DNA of 64,000 nt, from the NCBI GenBank assembly GCA_002633005.1, contig NMRA01000206.1:48551-112550 (forward strand). The letters run 5' to 3'. The translations under genes and the position numbers were made by a program. Positions 52,165 through 62,687 of the stretch are shown here, one piece after another. Source of the DNA: Phoronis australis. Lineage: Eukaryota > Animalia > Phoronida. Within the stretch, counting starts at the first letter, position 1. Every line of letters begins with the position of its first letter. The notes under the pieces are model-generated. The model worked only from the letters and a program-made list of their open reading frames with translations. It did no database searches and had not been told where the DNA came from.

Positions 52165-52314
52165 TTCCTAAAGAGCCATGCCACGAGAAAAATAGATACG
52201 GCTCCACGTGTTCCCGCCCATGCTTCTGTAAAGATGACGAGCCGTGCCACCGGTGTACAGGGGAGTGTGTGAGAGGCTGCAAGGAAGGAAAAAGTGGTCC
52301 CGACTGCTCGAAAC
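52165..52314 (+). CDS. Exon cassette B1: EGF-like repeat
   Basis: taacAG|...aaac|GTaag, 150 nt. PKEPCHEKNRYGSTCSRPCFCKDDEPCHRCTGECVRGCKEGKSGPDCSK. Confidence 0.88.
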
Positions 52315-52348
52315 GTAAGAAACACGTCTTTGCCGACGATAGATCATT

Positions 52349-52497
52349 CATGGGAGGCGCATCATAGAGTGGTGGGGGATATAGCCCCCACTTTTAGTGC
52401 TGTACTGGCATGGTCTATAGGCAGTGCTCAACAGGGTGACTGGCGGGNGGGGGGGGGCTTTAGCTACCCCCACTTTTTCAGTGTTGCGCCGCCCATG
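52349..52497. mobile_element. MITE with perfect 5-bp TSD
   Basis: TIRs CATGGGAGGCGCA / TGCGCCGCCCATG; TCATT on both flanks; a shorter relative lies at 28639-28708. Confidence 0.85.
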
Positions 52498-54199
52498 TCA
52501 TTAAACGATCAATGTCATTTTATTGAAGAGAGTATATTCAACTCACAGAAACCCTGAAAACTTCAGGTTCGATTTGAGGATGTGGGATTTTTACCAGGTC
52601 GCCACGGAATGACCACGCCACACCAGAGTCCCTCAAAATAACCCACAAACAATAAAAAAACGGAAATCGGGATGGTTCGGCGAAAGCAGTAAGCGAGCCG
52701 ATGATATTTAACTACCTCTGGAAGTGGGTGTGTGCATCCGGTAAGGGGCAGTTCGTCGTTTCCAACCACGCGAGAATTCCCAATGTACCACTTGACCAGA
52801 AAACATTCTGACGATCTTTGGAACCCCGGTGGACACATGGTGACGTTATGCTAAGTGTCGAGCCAACACATTAAGTGCCAAGTAAATGTTAATGCGTAGC
52901 TTGGTTCGTTCGGTTATTTTCTGAGGATACAATACTGGAGGACCTATCATTTACCGGACTCTGACTTAGGAGAGCAGATCATGATCAGCGACCGTATCAA
53001 GTTAACACGTGCAGCCAAAGCTCATTTGCAGGCGAAGCCTAATTTCCAAATTCTATTATTTTTCCACCTTGACTTCAGTTAACTGTTTCTGTCCAAAAGC
53101 ATACTGTTTTATTGAAACAAGAAACCAGAGTTGTTGTCATTGATTCCGTTGTACTAAAAATCCTGTAACTTGGAGAACAATGTATATTAAACAGTGTAGC
53201 CTCAGCTAGTTCTCCTGGGACAAGCTGCTCAACTTGTCTTTTTTAATATCATGCATGGTTGAACCTGTGTTGATGCATGGTCCTAACATACGTAAGTATA
53301 ACTGGCCAGTCCCAGTATCCAACCTGGCATCTTCTTGAGCAGGCGGCGAGGAGACAGATATGGGCTCAACAACTGGCTCTTGATGCCTCAATCTATTGGA
53401 CTTGGTTTACTGCCAGACTTATTTTTGTTTTTTGAAATGGAGACAGAGAAACAAACAAACTGATAGAAATGTACATCTTTCTTAGTTCGTTTATCATTTT
53501 GCAAACATTGCTGAACTGATGCGTATTAGATTCCAGACAAATTAGTCTTCCGTTAGACCCAAGCGAGTTCTGTGAGACCAAATCGTCAACTGAAGCTTAT
53601 AACCATGTTTAAATGAACACGTGATATTGGTAAATATGGTTGCTTTGTGTTTGAACAGGAGACCAGCAGATGCCTTTGTAAGTGATGTAATGAAAGACAT
53701 CCGCTGTATGGAAGGTGTGAGTCGAAAAACAAGCAGCGACAGTTCAAATTGATTTCCCAATAAAATTCCATGTCCCGAAGAAGGTTATCGGCGTGTTCTT
53801 GTGTTTTCGTGTTCATACAGACAGCGTATCAGCAAGACGGCAGTCGAGACGGGCATCACTATTTGACTAAATGAGTAATAAATGCGTGCAGCAATAGTCT
53901 CGTGCACTCTAAGTGCCGGTACCCTGAGCATAATGTATATAAATGTAAGGGGTACACGGTCGAAATAGATTTGGTATTCTTGTTATCGACACCAAATGAC
54001 AAATCATGGCGCGCCGGGCATTTTTGACCCACGACAAAAATGGTTTTCATCTAGAAATGTGTGATGTCCAAACGGACTTTCTGAAATTTAGCTAGCGCGA
54101 GTATTCCAGGTAAAATCGAAAAAATGAACGTTTCGGGTCATGACATTTCATTAAATGGCTTAAAATAGAAAGATTAGATTAGATACTTGAGTTATAAGT

Positions 54200-55120
54200 G
54201 TTTTGTAATACGGACAGCTCTAAACTGGAAAACGGCCAGACAGGTGCTGGGGTCTACTTTCCAAGCCTTCCTGTTGCAGATGAAGAAAACTAGGTATCGC
54301 TAGGCAATCTTGCCACGGTGTTTCGGGCTGAGATCACTGCAATTAATAGAACTGCTCAACTGGCACAACAACATAACACTGAGCTTGGCAATCGGCCAAT
54401 TACTATCTTTTCAGATAGCCAGGCAGCAATAAAAGCCCTAAAGAAACTACGGGTCAACTCTCGTTTTGTTAACGCTTGTATTAATGAGCTAACAAGCTTG
54501 CAATTGAAAGAACTGTCAATATACGCAGGGTCAGCGCCCATGTGGGAATTGATGGCAATGAGAATGCAGACAGACTCGCAAAGATAGGAGCAAGATTTCT
54601 GCATTTTGTGCCTGAACCTGCTCTCCTGGTATCTTACGGATGTTGCAGGATGAGTATACGCAACTGGGCACATACCCAGTCAGCAGCCCAGTGGGCATCA
54701 CTTAACTAGGAGAATTTTCCCAACGTGATCGAACCAAAAGGTTCAAAAAGCCTTCTTAGTCTACATAGATTGGGTACAAGACACGTCATTCAAATTTTGA
54801 CGGGCCACTGCAACCTAGCCCGACACAGACAAATTACTGGGCATATGGGGAGCCCTGTGTGTCCTGAGTGTGGTACTGACGTAGTATCTCCTAAACACTC
54901 GGTAGAGTCTTGCCCAGCTTTTTATAGGCTGAGGAGCAACCTACTGGATGGCACTGTTACATGCCTACAACATATAGTGCATGGCAACAAATGGAAACGT
55001 ATGTCTGTTTTCCTAAAGGAGAGTGGCAGACTTGAAAACTTTCTTCACGAGGAGCCATAATTGGGCTCTCGTGCTTTTGCTCAGGTGTTTTGTGCAATGG
55101 GCCCAACTATGAGGCCTGCA
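54200..55120 (+). mobile_element. RNase H-bearing non-LTR retrotransposon 3' relic (LOA/R1/I-group-like), frameshifted
   Basis: TDSSKLENGQTGAGVY...TVFRAEITAI...IFSDSQAAIKAL...VSAHVGIDGNENADRLAK (RNase HI) and ILTGHCNLARH...CPECG...H...CPA (C-terminal zinc knuckle). Confidence 0.88.
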
Positions 55121-55774
55121 CATGTTTGATGCACTGCAAATGACATCCAACCACCTGCACTGTTTCTTACCAGTCAAAGTGATTGAAGTGAGCAAATATA
55201 ACGTGCTGAAGGCTCACTGTTCCATGACAGACGAAAACGATAGCGTTCTGGAAATGGTACTCCACAACTTAAAAACGGAACCAATGTGGGGTAGCTCAAT
55301 TATTTCAGGAACCACTTGAATGTATTTCGTATGATTTGATGGTTACCGCTCAGACCTAAATTCCTGGCCTTAAAAGCACTCTTGATAGTGCCCTTAAGTC
55401 TACCTCATGAAAGACTGGTGAGCGTTTGATCTTGATTTGATGTTGTGTCGTGTACTGGACAAACCTAACTTGAAATATTCAACCGCATCAAACTTAGGAC
55501 CAAAAGATTTACGGCAAAAAGTCACTCTGAGAAATGGTTGCCCGAAACTTAAATAATGATCTCTCTAAATCACCAGACACCATATTTGTGTTCGTTTAAA
55601 GGAGAATGCCACTCGATTTAATTAGTCTTTTTTTACCGTCACATCGGTCTATATCCACATTGCCTCTTATACGGACGACCTCACCTTGCCGAGAGGTGTC
55701 GCGTTAACCTCTGAGGAAGGTGAGAAACGGCGCAGCGACGTCAGTGTTTCGTCTGCAGAGTTATTGCCGTTATA

Positions 55775-56029
55775 TTGCGTTGCATCGTTCCCGATTGTCC
55801 GAACTATGAAGCTGCGAAGAAAGCAGGTATATCGTTTTTTCGACTTCCTCGAGAGCCCGAAATGCTTAGGAAGTGGCTCGCGGTAGTAAGGCATGAAATA
55901 TACGCTGTTAATGGCCAGTATGAGGCCGTGAAACATCTCCGTGTCTGTGGCCGGCATTTCGTCGAAAGTGATATCTCTGAAGAATTTCTGCTTACCCAAG
56001 AAATATGCCTACGCTCTGGTTCGAACTGA
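55775..56029 (+). pseudogene. THAP zinc-finger domain (Kolobok transposase N-terminus)
   Basis: CIVPDC...ISFFRLP...LRKWL...LRVCGRHF is a full C2CH THAP signature. The ORF starts at TTG and no downstream DDE domain was recognised. Confidence 0.85.
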
Positions 56030-56597
56030 TAGCCTGTGAAACCTAGTGATCCGACCCGTGATGTGTTCTTCAAATGAGCTCTTGACTCAGTCGGGATTGG
56101 CACCGGAAGTGTTGGCACGGCGTATTCTGCGTTCTGTTTCAAAATGAATTATTCTCATCCTAACCAATGCTTACATAAAACTGAAACAAAGTCTGTCTCA
56201 TTAGATACAATCTGTAATGCCTTTGCAGTATTCGTGAGTGCAAATGTTGAGAAGTCAGCAATGAATAAACCACTGCGTTATCGGCTTTTGAAGCACGCAA
56301 TGAATAAAGGTAATTGACTGGGCACAGAGGCCGTGTGAGCGCTTGGGAATTCAGTGTTTACTGACAGAATGTTGTTGTGAAATTACTCGATTTTATATGC
56401 TATGGTCACATGTTAGGAAAATTTTTATTTAGAAATACAAATAAATTATTCAAATCATTGTTAATGTACAACCTTTGCCCTGACGGTCTGTGGAAGGCGA
56501 ACCCCACTTCGCGGCCCCCGACTAGTAAGCAGATTTTCAGTTTCGTGGCTAATTCACGTAATTATTTACGTGAATTATTTCTTTGGCTCACTATTAT

Positions 56598-56761
56598 CAG
56601 TGTTGTAGTGGGGTGTAGGCGCACGTAGCCGCAGCCAACCACCTTTTGGCATTTGAACGTAGCGCCTACGCACCGTAAGTTACGTTCACTGCTCAAGGAG
56701 ATACATCTGTACGGTGGGCTTTCGGCGCCTATTTGCCTCTACTTTTACCACTTCAGCACTG
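56598..56761. mobile_element. 164-bp MITE derivative of the 44913-48068 hAT, nested in the Kolobok element
   Basis: Ends CAGTGTTGTAGTGGGGTGTAGGCGCA / TTTTACCACTTCAGCACTG match that element's termini. Confidence 0.8.
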
Positions 56762-57507
56762 TAATAGTCTTTTCGTGACTGGGGGTTTAGTTTACAACTC
56801 AAGAGCTTGTTTATGGTCGTGCCACTCCGGCGGCCGCGACTAGCCTGATCGGGTTACGAGCCACTGGCCGGGATAACAAGCGTGTTGTGTGTTTAGAACT
56901 CAAAAAATCACAAGTCTAAATAACACAAATCTAGGTTGTCTGTTCCGTATTTCACGGAAGAATATTTCGAATTTATCTCCGAACAGACCCCAAACTCCTG
57001 CTACCGACCTTGGTAAATTGGCCTGCCGAACTTTGTAGGCTACGGTGTCCAAATACCAATTAATCCGTAACAGCGAAATAAAACATTACGTTTTTATAAG
57101 AGCTCTGTGTATTTTTAAGGGTGTTATATCGCAGTTTGGTGATTTATTGGTGTTAAACGATGAATTCAAGCGATAAGCTGACACCAGTAACCCGTGTTGT
57201 GAACTGCTGAACAGACTGCGTGTGAAACCGATGACGTCATTGGATATTTTCAGCACCTCCGTCTGCCGTCAGGTGTCAGGTAGCGCATCCGAACCTGCCG
57301 TTATCGAGTAGAACTACTCGCTCTAAATTGATACAAAATAGGTTATTTTTGGGTGGCATTCTCCTTTAAGTTTTGCAGCTGCCACAGCTGATGTTTCGAT
57401 GTCCAAAATCCATGCACACTCGTGTTCGATCCTTGGTTTAACCATCTTGTTTGGTATGTCTTTTACGCAAAAGTTGTGTGCTTCAAACATATGCCTGATC
57501 TTTTCAG

Positions 57508-57768
57508 CAAGACGCTGCTCAGGCTTTACATACGGTGACCGGTGTCAATTTAAATGCAGCTACTGTTCTCACCCCTTGGAAAAATGCGACGAACAGACCG
57601 GGAGGTGCAGTGGCAGAAATTGCTCTGTCCGTGTGAAAGACGGGCTTTGCACTGGCGACTGTGTGGAGGGGCTTTGGGGTGAAGACTGCAATAAGCACTG
57701 CAACTGTTCCGAAGGTCAAGCTTGTGAAAGAACCTCTGGCTGTGTAGACGAAAAAGATTGTAGTTTAG
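57508..57768 (+). CDS. Exon cassette A2 (paralog of 50573-50833)
   Basis: ttttcAG|...ttag|GTgat, 261 nt. RRCSGFTYGDRCQFKCSYCSHPLEKCDEQTGRC...CVDEKDCSL. Confidence 0.88.
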
Positions 57769-58046
57769 GTGATTGTTGAAACCTAAGCTAACGCTAAAAT
57801 GCATCGGTTACATGGCACTAGTAGAAAGGTGCAATAGTACGAGGATGTGCACATCAATCTCTGTACGTGATTCTTCCGTAACTCACTGACTAGGCAATAA
57901 AATTAATCACGAAACATTTTCAGAAATGTTACTGCGTTTATGTTCTCGTCAGACCTCGAAGACGGCACTTTGTGCTTCAAACCTATCTACCCCCTTTGCC
58001 ATGAAAGAAAAAAGTGAATAATATTATTCTTGATTGCGAATTAATG

Positions 58047-59640
58047 CGAATTGTTCTGGAACTCCGACACCCCACAACCCCCTCGACCCACGACCCCCTC
58101 GACCTTCAACCCCCACGACCCTCTCGGGCCACGACCCACAACCCTCGACCCAGTCTGCAAGCCCTACTAGATGTGAACATAGAACAAACGCTGACTTGCA
58201 GGACCAATGAGTTGGGCCGTGTGCACGGCTGGCACTTCCCTTTATTTCAAATTAGGAGAGACTATCCGGCAATTTGGAAAGCCAAAAACAGAAAAAAATG
58301 CCAAATCAAATCAAAGGCCTACCAACCTTACAAATGTCGTTCCTGGCGGAATGTAATCGCCTCGTCTGCTCTGCAGTGAATGGCGGATTCAAAGTTTTTG
58401 CGGAGAGTGCCTAGAACCGACAAAACTGAAATTTCATCAGTAAACACAGTTTGAAAAAGCAAATTGTTGCCTAAAAAGTATTTCAATGTTATATGGAAAT
58501 TATTTAAACGAGTTTAAGTCATAAAGCAAAGAAGAAAAAAGTGAAATTATGTACAATTAAGTTATCGGACTCACTCCACAACTTTAATAGAACTTAGACA
58601 GCCAGCTAGGTGTATGAAGGCTATAGTCAATGTCGGTTCAGCGTCGACAGACATCGAATTTTAGCACAGCCAGGGAAGTTCTGCTCGTCATTTCGTATTA
58701 AAATTGTATCAAAATAAATCTACAGACCGGACGGGTGCATGCAAAATCTGGAAATCAACCGACACTCTCCCTGCCCGTTGCAGCCGTTTACATGTAAGTG
58801 GAAAACAATATAATAAATTTCATGTTTCTTGCATAACCCTCCGCCTTTTCTAACAAAGTAAAGTTAAGGCATCGTTTTGAAAACAGTATGCTTGAGACAC
58901 GCGCACGGGCCATTTCATAATTTTTGCGACATCTCTAGTCGGAAGGTGATGACAGCTTCGCAGCATCAAAATTTGTTCTGAAATTCGGTTTGCTGTCATG
59001 AAAATCTTAAAAACTCATAATGATGTGAAACATTTCCGATAATTTGTTGTGACGTGTACGCAACCCATTGAAAACAACATTTGTTTGAATAATCAATGAA
59101 ATAAGAAACTTGGCAATAGATGAAGCAATATTTCATGGCGCCGAAAGCCGACGTAAAAGATTGCTCCACGACTTTAGCAGCAGAATAACTGTAGAACGCC
59201 AATTTTTCCAAAACAGGTGAATACTGTACATTACTCAACGAAGTTTGTAGTTTTTTATTACACTAATTGTGTGTCATATTTTATTTGGTCAGTTTTTTTC
59301 AATATCTACGCAAACCTGTATATTTAGTATACAGCTTTGCGCCAAGGCTACGTAGAACTGGGCCATTGGTAGACGGTAGTAGAACTATCTCCGTCACAAC
59401 GATAGGGTGCTCACAATGCGTTATTTTAGATCACTTTATCACGCCACTTTATATTTTAATCACCAGACTTGAGCCAGAGCAGCCTGGCGTGTAGGTATGT
59501 TTCATTGGAAAGTGACTCAGCGACGTAATACGTTTATGAAAGATGTACAAAACGCAAAAATACCTCTATTGCCATAGGTCATGGGACGAATTGGTTGTGG
59601 TCGAGGGGTGTGGGGGTAGAGGGGGTTTCAGAACAATCCA
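58047..59640. mobile_element. TIR element with CGACCC subterminal repeats and 7-8 bp TSD
   Basis: CGAATTGTTCTGGAAC / GTTTCAGAACAATCCA; (A)ATTAATG on both flanks. Confidence 0.7.
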
Positions 59641-59669
59641 ATTAATGTTCATAAAACTTTTTGTCACAA

Positions 59670-59861
59670 AGAAATGTGACGAAGAGACCGGCAGTGGTCC
59701 TGATTACACATGTACATGTATTTTCCGCGAGAAAGACGGACTGTGCTTAGGTGTAATGTGTTCAAGGATTATGGGTGAAAATTGTGAAAACAACCGCGAC
59801 GGCGCTGAGTTCTAGGTTTGCGATAGGACCTCTGGCGGCCTGGACAAAAACTGTAGTATAG
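59670..59861 (+). pseudogene. Decayed third copy of exon cassette A (pseudo-exon)
   Basis: gaaatgtgacgaagagaccgg...aaagacggactgtgc...gataggacctctggc...tgtagtatag|gtgat aligns to A1/A2. It lacks the 5' part and acceptor and has a frameshift, a stop and lost cysteines. Confidence 0.8.
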
Positions 59862-60088
59862 GTGATTACTGGAAACCGTTTCACGTTGAAAAATCTGTTT
59901 ACTAATGAGTCGTGTCACCGTCGATACAAGTGCTTTGTAAATTGCATTAAAGAAATGATTATGTTGCTGCAGTTTCCATATGTAGAGTAGTGCAGTTGGT
60001 AGGCGGTTACTATAACGATACCAGTCGAATATTTGATGTTGTTTTGGTTAAAAATTATACATTTGTTTTATGTATTTGAATAAAACAG

Positions 60089-60238
60089 TTCCTAAAGAAC
60101 CTTGCCAGGAGAAAAATAGATACAGCTCTTCGTGTTCCCGTTCGTGCTACTGTAAAGATGATGAGCCGTGCCACAGGTGTACAGGGGTGTGTGAGAGAGG
60201 TTGCAAGGATGGGATAGTCGGCAAGGACTGCTCGAAAC
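60089..60238 (+). CDS. Exon cassette B2 (paralog of 52165-52314)
   Basis: aaacAG|...aaac|GTgag, 150 nt. PKEPCQEKNRYSSSCSRSCYCKDDEPCHRCTGVCERGCKDGIVGKDCSK. Confidence 0.88.
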
Positions 60239-60549
60239 GTGAGAAACTCGTCTTTGTTGATAATACACACACTTTTCTAATGAACACAATATAAGGTACA
60301 AGCTGTGATCCCCACAAACCCGCAAATTATGACAAGGAATACTTAACTGGTTAAAAAGTTAACCTATACTAGATACTCCAGTTACCGAAGAGACTCGCTG
60401 AAAATGATCACAAGTGCCATGCTGAGCACCAAGTGATTTAGCTGAACTAGGAATATTCATCCAGATATCGTTGTGTGGTTTCACAACTCGCCATACGACC
60501 GTATGGCTGCGAGAAACGTTGTTATACATGTACGTAGCGTAGACTAATN

Positions 60550-60605
<56 letters not shown>
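60550..60605. repeat. (TA)n microsatellite beside an N
   Basis: Read directly from the sequence. Confidence 0.97.
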
Positions 60606-60607
<2 letters not shown>

Positions 60608-61341
60608 ATTGCCTACAGTCTCTTCCCTTCATGACAAGCCAGATTCGTGTACTCTATTGTCATTTCATTCCAGGTTCGCGCAATGAGTTTAGGGTCTGAA
60701 CCATACATGTAGTTCCGTTTTCCTCAAACCTGAATCATTGAACATGGTTCTGAATTCCTGTCCCTCAATTCTCTCTGCGTGATTTTACAACATGAAAGCT
60801 GAAATCTGCAATGCTTATTCCAGGCGCTGGAACCTGGACTCAAGTGCGCTGATTTTCATTTTCATTTCAGTTAGCGAATAGCAATCGTGTTCAATGTGCT
60901 AGAAATGACAATTCTATATGTATTCTGGTTGACCGAACGTGGTAAAAAATTGGTTCTTGAACTTAGAGTTATTATGAATGTTGCAAACGGTCAATGCGAA
61001 GAGGGGCTCGGCAAGTGGCTCAGTACAGCTGGCCAGTTTCTGAGAGTGCAAATGTAACCTCGGGTTGCACACTTAGAGAACGAGAACCTGGGACGATGTT
61101 TGAGGATCGGAGTACAAGGATCAAAATTTCAATAGAATGACGTCATGAAAGTCAGGGACATTCCAAAACATACATGTAGTTCCAAGCTCTAACTCCACAG
61201 GAACTCGAAATGAGATAACTGTCCACGAGCGATGAAAGGCGAGCTTATCGTACTTACATGTACATATACACTGTCACATTTCACGTGTCTAGCTTTTACA
61301 TGTACTTGCTATGTGATTGGCTATTTGCTTTGGGTTTTCAG

Positions 61342-61485
61342 GTCACGTTTGTAAACGAGAGAATATGTATGGGCCTTTCTGCAATAACAGCTGCAACTGT
61401 CTCAAGGCAACCGATTGCAACCCCTTAACCGGACATTGCGGAGGCTTGTGCCCCATGGGCTGGAAAGGAGACATGTGCACAACTA
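61342..61485 (+). CDS. Exon: EGF-like repeat (not in ORF track)
   Basis: ttttcAG|...acta|GTaagt, 144 nt. HVCKRENMYGPFCNNSCNCLKATDCNPLTGHCGGLCPMGWKGDMCTT. Confidence 0.88.
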
Positions 61486-61532
61486 GTAAGTGCTAGCTGA
61501 CAACCATCCCATGAGTGACTGTTAGCATTAAT

Positions 61533-62555
61533 CAGTGACGTATCTAGGATATCACAAGGGGGGCAACATTTTGTCAGTAAACATTTGGTCCAAGCACGAT
61601 TGTAGATGTGCACAGCACCGAATGGGGGGAGGTCGGTTTTCCCCCCTCCCGCCCAGGAAATTTTTCTGTTTTTTCCTCCAAATTCAAGCATTTTCCTTGA
61701 TTTCCGAAGTATTATCCAAGAAAAAACGGAAAAAAAAAGAAAAATACGAAGAACGTGTCAACCAGCAAAAACTGCAAGTACCACGGATTCGAAGTGACGA
61801 CCTTGCTAGTACAGCGTGCGTGCTTTACCCCTGCACCACAAGGATTTAACTTTTAATTTGAAACTACATGTAAGAGACCTACTTATTTATGGTCCAAAGC
61901 GTTTGCGCGCGAAAACTCCTTCTTTTTGTAATGCTTATTACATGTTTCTTGTGCAATCAGTTCGTAACATGATTGTTGTATTTAAAATAGTCTTCAATTG
62001 CCCAAAAGACCAAATCCGTTTTTGTGTTGGCAATAATGACGCGATTGCTTCGGAAATCGTCTTTTAATCTAAGGTTTGACAAAGAGAGAATTATGAGTTT
62101 CTGAGTGATTCACTAAAGCTTCGATGAAAATTGACATATTACCAGCAGCTTCTATTTTTTTCAATATCACTCAAATTCCAGTTTCTTTAAGAAATGAAGT
62201 AATTTTCTTCATTGCACAGTGGAGCAGACGACGGAAACGGAGTCGTAGTGCCCAGCGGCACTGCCGGTCGCCTGAGATACATGTATCACTGGAGAGCCTA
62301 ATAATACTTATCCATAGTTCCGTTACGATTGCGACGTGTTCCGAATTTGGCACTTGAAATTGGATCTGAGCCTCCGTCCCCCCCAAAAAACCAATAAAAT
62401 TGCACAATTTAATTATATCTTGTTTCAGCCGTCTAATTTTAATTACCGGAGTTAATTAATAAATTCAACATTACCCTACGCTTTTGCTGTTTTATTTTTT
62501 TTTGCGGCAGCCAAGGGGGGGAGGGCCCCTTGGGCCCACCCTAAATCCGCCTATG
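61533..62555 (-). mobile_element. Inverted paralog of 29833-30820 with 5-bp TSD
   Basis: Termini CAGTGACGTATCTAG / CTAAATCCGCCTATG; TTAAT on both flanks. Confidence 0.82.
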
Positions 62556-62589
62556 TTAATAACCGTAGTTCTCAAAATAATCTTTGCAG

Positions 62590-62687
62590 ACCTAGGCAGA
62601 ACTATGTCAAAGAAAGGCGGACTTCTTGTCGGAATTATTTATTTGCCGGTTTGTCACTACGTTCTGTCGAAGTTAAGTTTAATATGA
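62590..62687 (+). CDS. Possible downstream/terminal exon with hydrophobic stretch
   Basis: ctttgcAG| is a phase-1 compatible acceptor; LGRTMSKKGGLLVGIIYLPVCHYVLSKLSLI*. No homology support. Confidence 0.25.

Larger units (their letters stand above)
55600..57365 (+). mobile_element. Kolobok-type DNA transposon (internally deleted)
   Basis: TTAA-AGGAGAATGCCAC ... GTGGCATTCTCCT-TTAA (perfect 13-bp TIR, TTAA TSD); THAP domain near the left end. Confidence 0.88.
17358..61485 (+). other. Multi-exon gene model (partial): PAN/apple x2 - EGF - F5/8C/FTP-like - EGF - FN3 x2 - many EGF/laminin-EGF repeats (MEGF10/11 / SREC-like extracellular protein)
   Basis: 18 exons with AG/GT ends join in frame with no junction stops (6231 nt). 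All introns are phase 1 except one phase-2 intron (42903-43521). No start codon/signal peptide or confident TM/stop exon identified. Joining all exons into one transcript is inference. Confidence 0.85.

Noticed and set aside
51932-52367. ORFs with (HT)n / (VC)n runs
   Set aside because: Translation of the (GT)n microsatellite; only 52165-52314 is an exon.
53540-55397. Possible decayed THAP/Kolobok-like element hosting the RNase H LINE
   Set aside because: One plausible end (…GTGCCCTTAA) but no matching left TIR found, and the THAP similarity is too weak.
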